From an uncultured bacterium (GTDB lineage: Bacteria > Desulfobacterota > JADFVX01), in assembly GCA_965372635.1 (NCBI GenBank), contig CBDVDA010000001.1, positions 2,860 through 66,859 on the forward strand: a stretch of DNA of 64,000 nt, read 5' to 3'. This document shows, one piece after another, positions 63,861 to 64,000 of this stretch. A program made the position numbers and the translations under genes. The first letter of the stretch is position 1. Each line of letters starts with the position of its first letter. The notes under the pieces are model-generated. The model was not told the DNA's origin. It saw only the letters and a list, made by a program, of their open reading frames with translations, and ran no database searches.

Positions 63861-64000
63861 TCACCGCTCCAGCACCTGCACCGCCCGGAACTTACTGAAA
63901 AGCCACTTCCCCTCCACCTTGACAAGTTCGACCTCCATCTCGTGGGTCTCCTCGAAGGTCTCCTCCTGTTTGGTAAGGCCCGAGAGCATCCCCGTGAGTC
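63861..64000 (-). CDS. 3' end of a minus-strand gene running off the window (C-terminus ...LTKQEETFEETHEMEVELVKVEGKWLFSKFRAVQVLER)
   Basis: Open reverse frame to the window edge, with a TGA stop at 63861-63863. Too short to appear in the ORF track. Confidence 0.3.
   Translation of the reverse strand, partial: LTGMLSGLTKQEETFEETHEMEVELVKVEGKWLFSKFRAVQVLER

Overview
64 kb chromosomal window from a Gram-negative bacterium rich in multiheme cytochromes, probably a Geobacter/Desulfuromonadia-like anaerobe or microaerophile. GC is about 55-60% in housekeeping genes and 40-48% in accessory segments. Three parts stand out. (1) A housekeeping backbone: radA, HtrA-like protease, GGDEF cyclase, glnS, nadK, rarA, mutL, split miaA, uvrA, ispG, Na/Pi transporter, ubiG, bamD, hemH and an AddB-like nuclease. 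(2) A repeat-rich variable stretch at about 15.8-20.4 kb. It holds a REP-like palindromic element family carrying terminator hairpins, two low-GC genes (a secreted beta-rich protein and an orphan RES-domain toxin-like protein) and a candidate small transcript bracketed by a promoter and a terminator. (3) A lower-GC island of about 23 kb (33.8-57.0 kb). It encodes an NHL-repeat lipoprotein and three multiheme cytochromes, followed by a complete hybrid type II secretion/type IVa pilus-like machine: GspF, a GspE with MshEN-type N-terminus, PilM/N/O/P-like proteins, a lipoprotein secretin fused to an N-terminal TPR pilotin-like module and a C-terminal extra domain, two GspG pseudopilins and a minor pseudopilin. 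After that come a sensor kinase whose periplasmic domain carries a CXXCH heme-c motif, a sigma54-dependent response regulator, two paralogous tetraheme cytochromes, a chemoreceptor sharing the same sensor domain with a CX5CH variant, and an MtrA/MtoA-type decaheme cytochrome with an MtrB/MtoB-type outer-membrane porin. I read this island as a candidate redox-sensing, possibly c-di-GMP-gated, cytochrome secretion and extracellular electron transfer system. It is the most interesting feature of the window. Elsewhere there is an orphan Geobacter PilA-N-like truncated pilin beside the GGDEF cyclase, and a roughly 85-nt highly conserved structured repeat present three times in the same orientation. 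All calls rest on by-eye motif recognition; no database searches were run.
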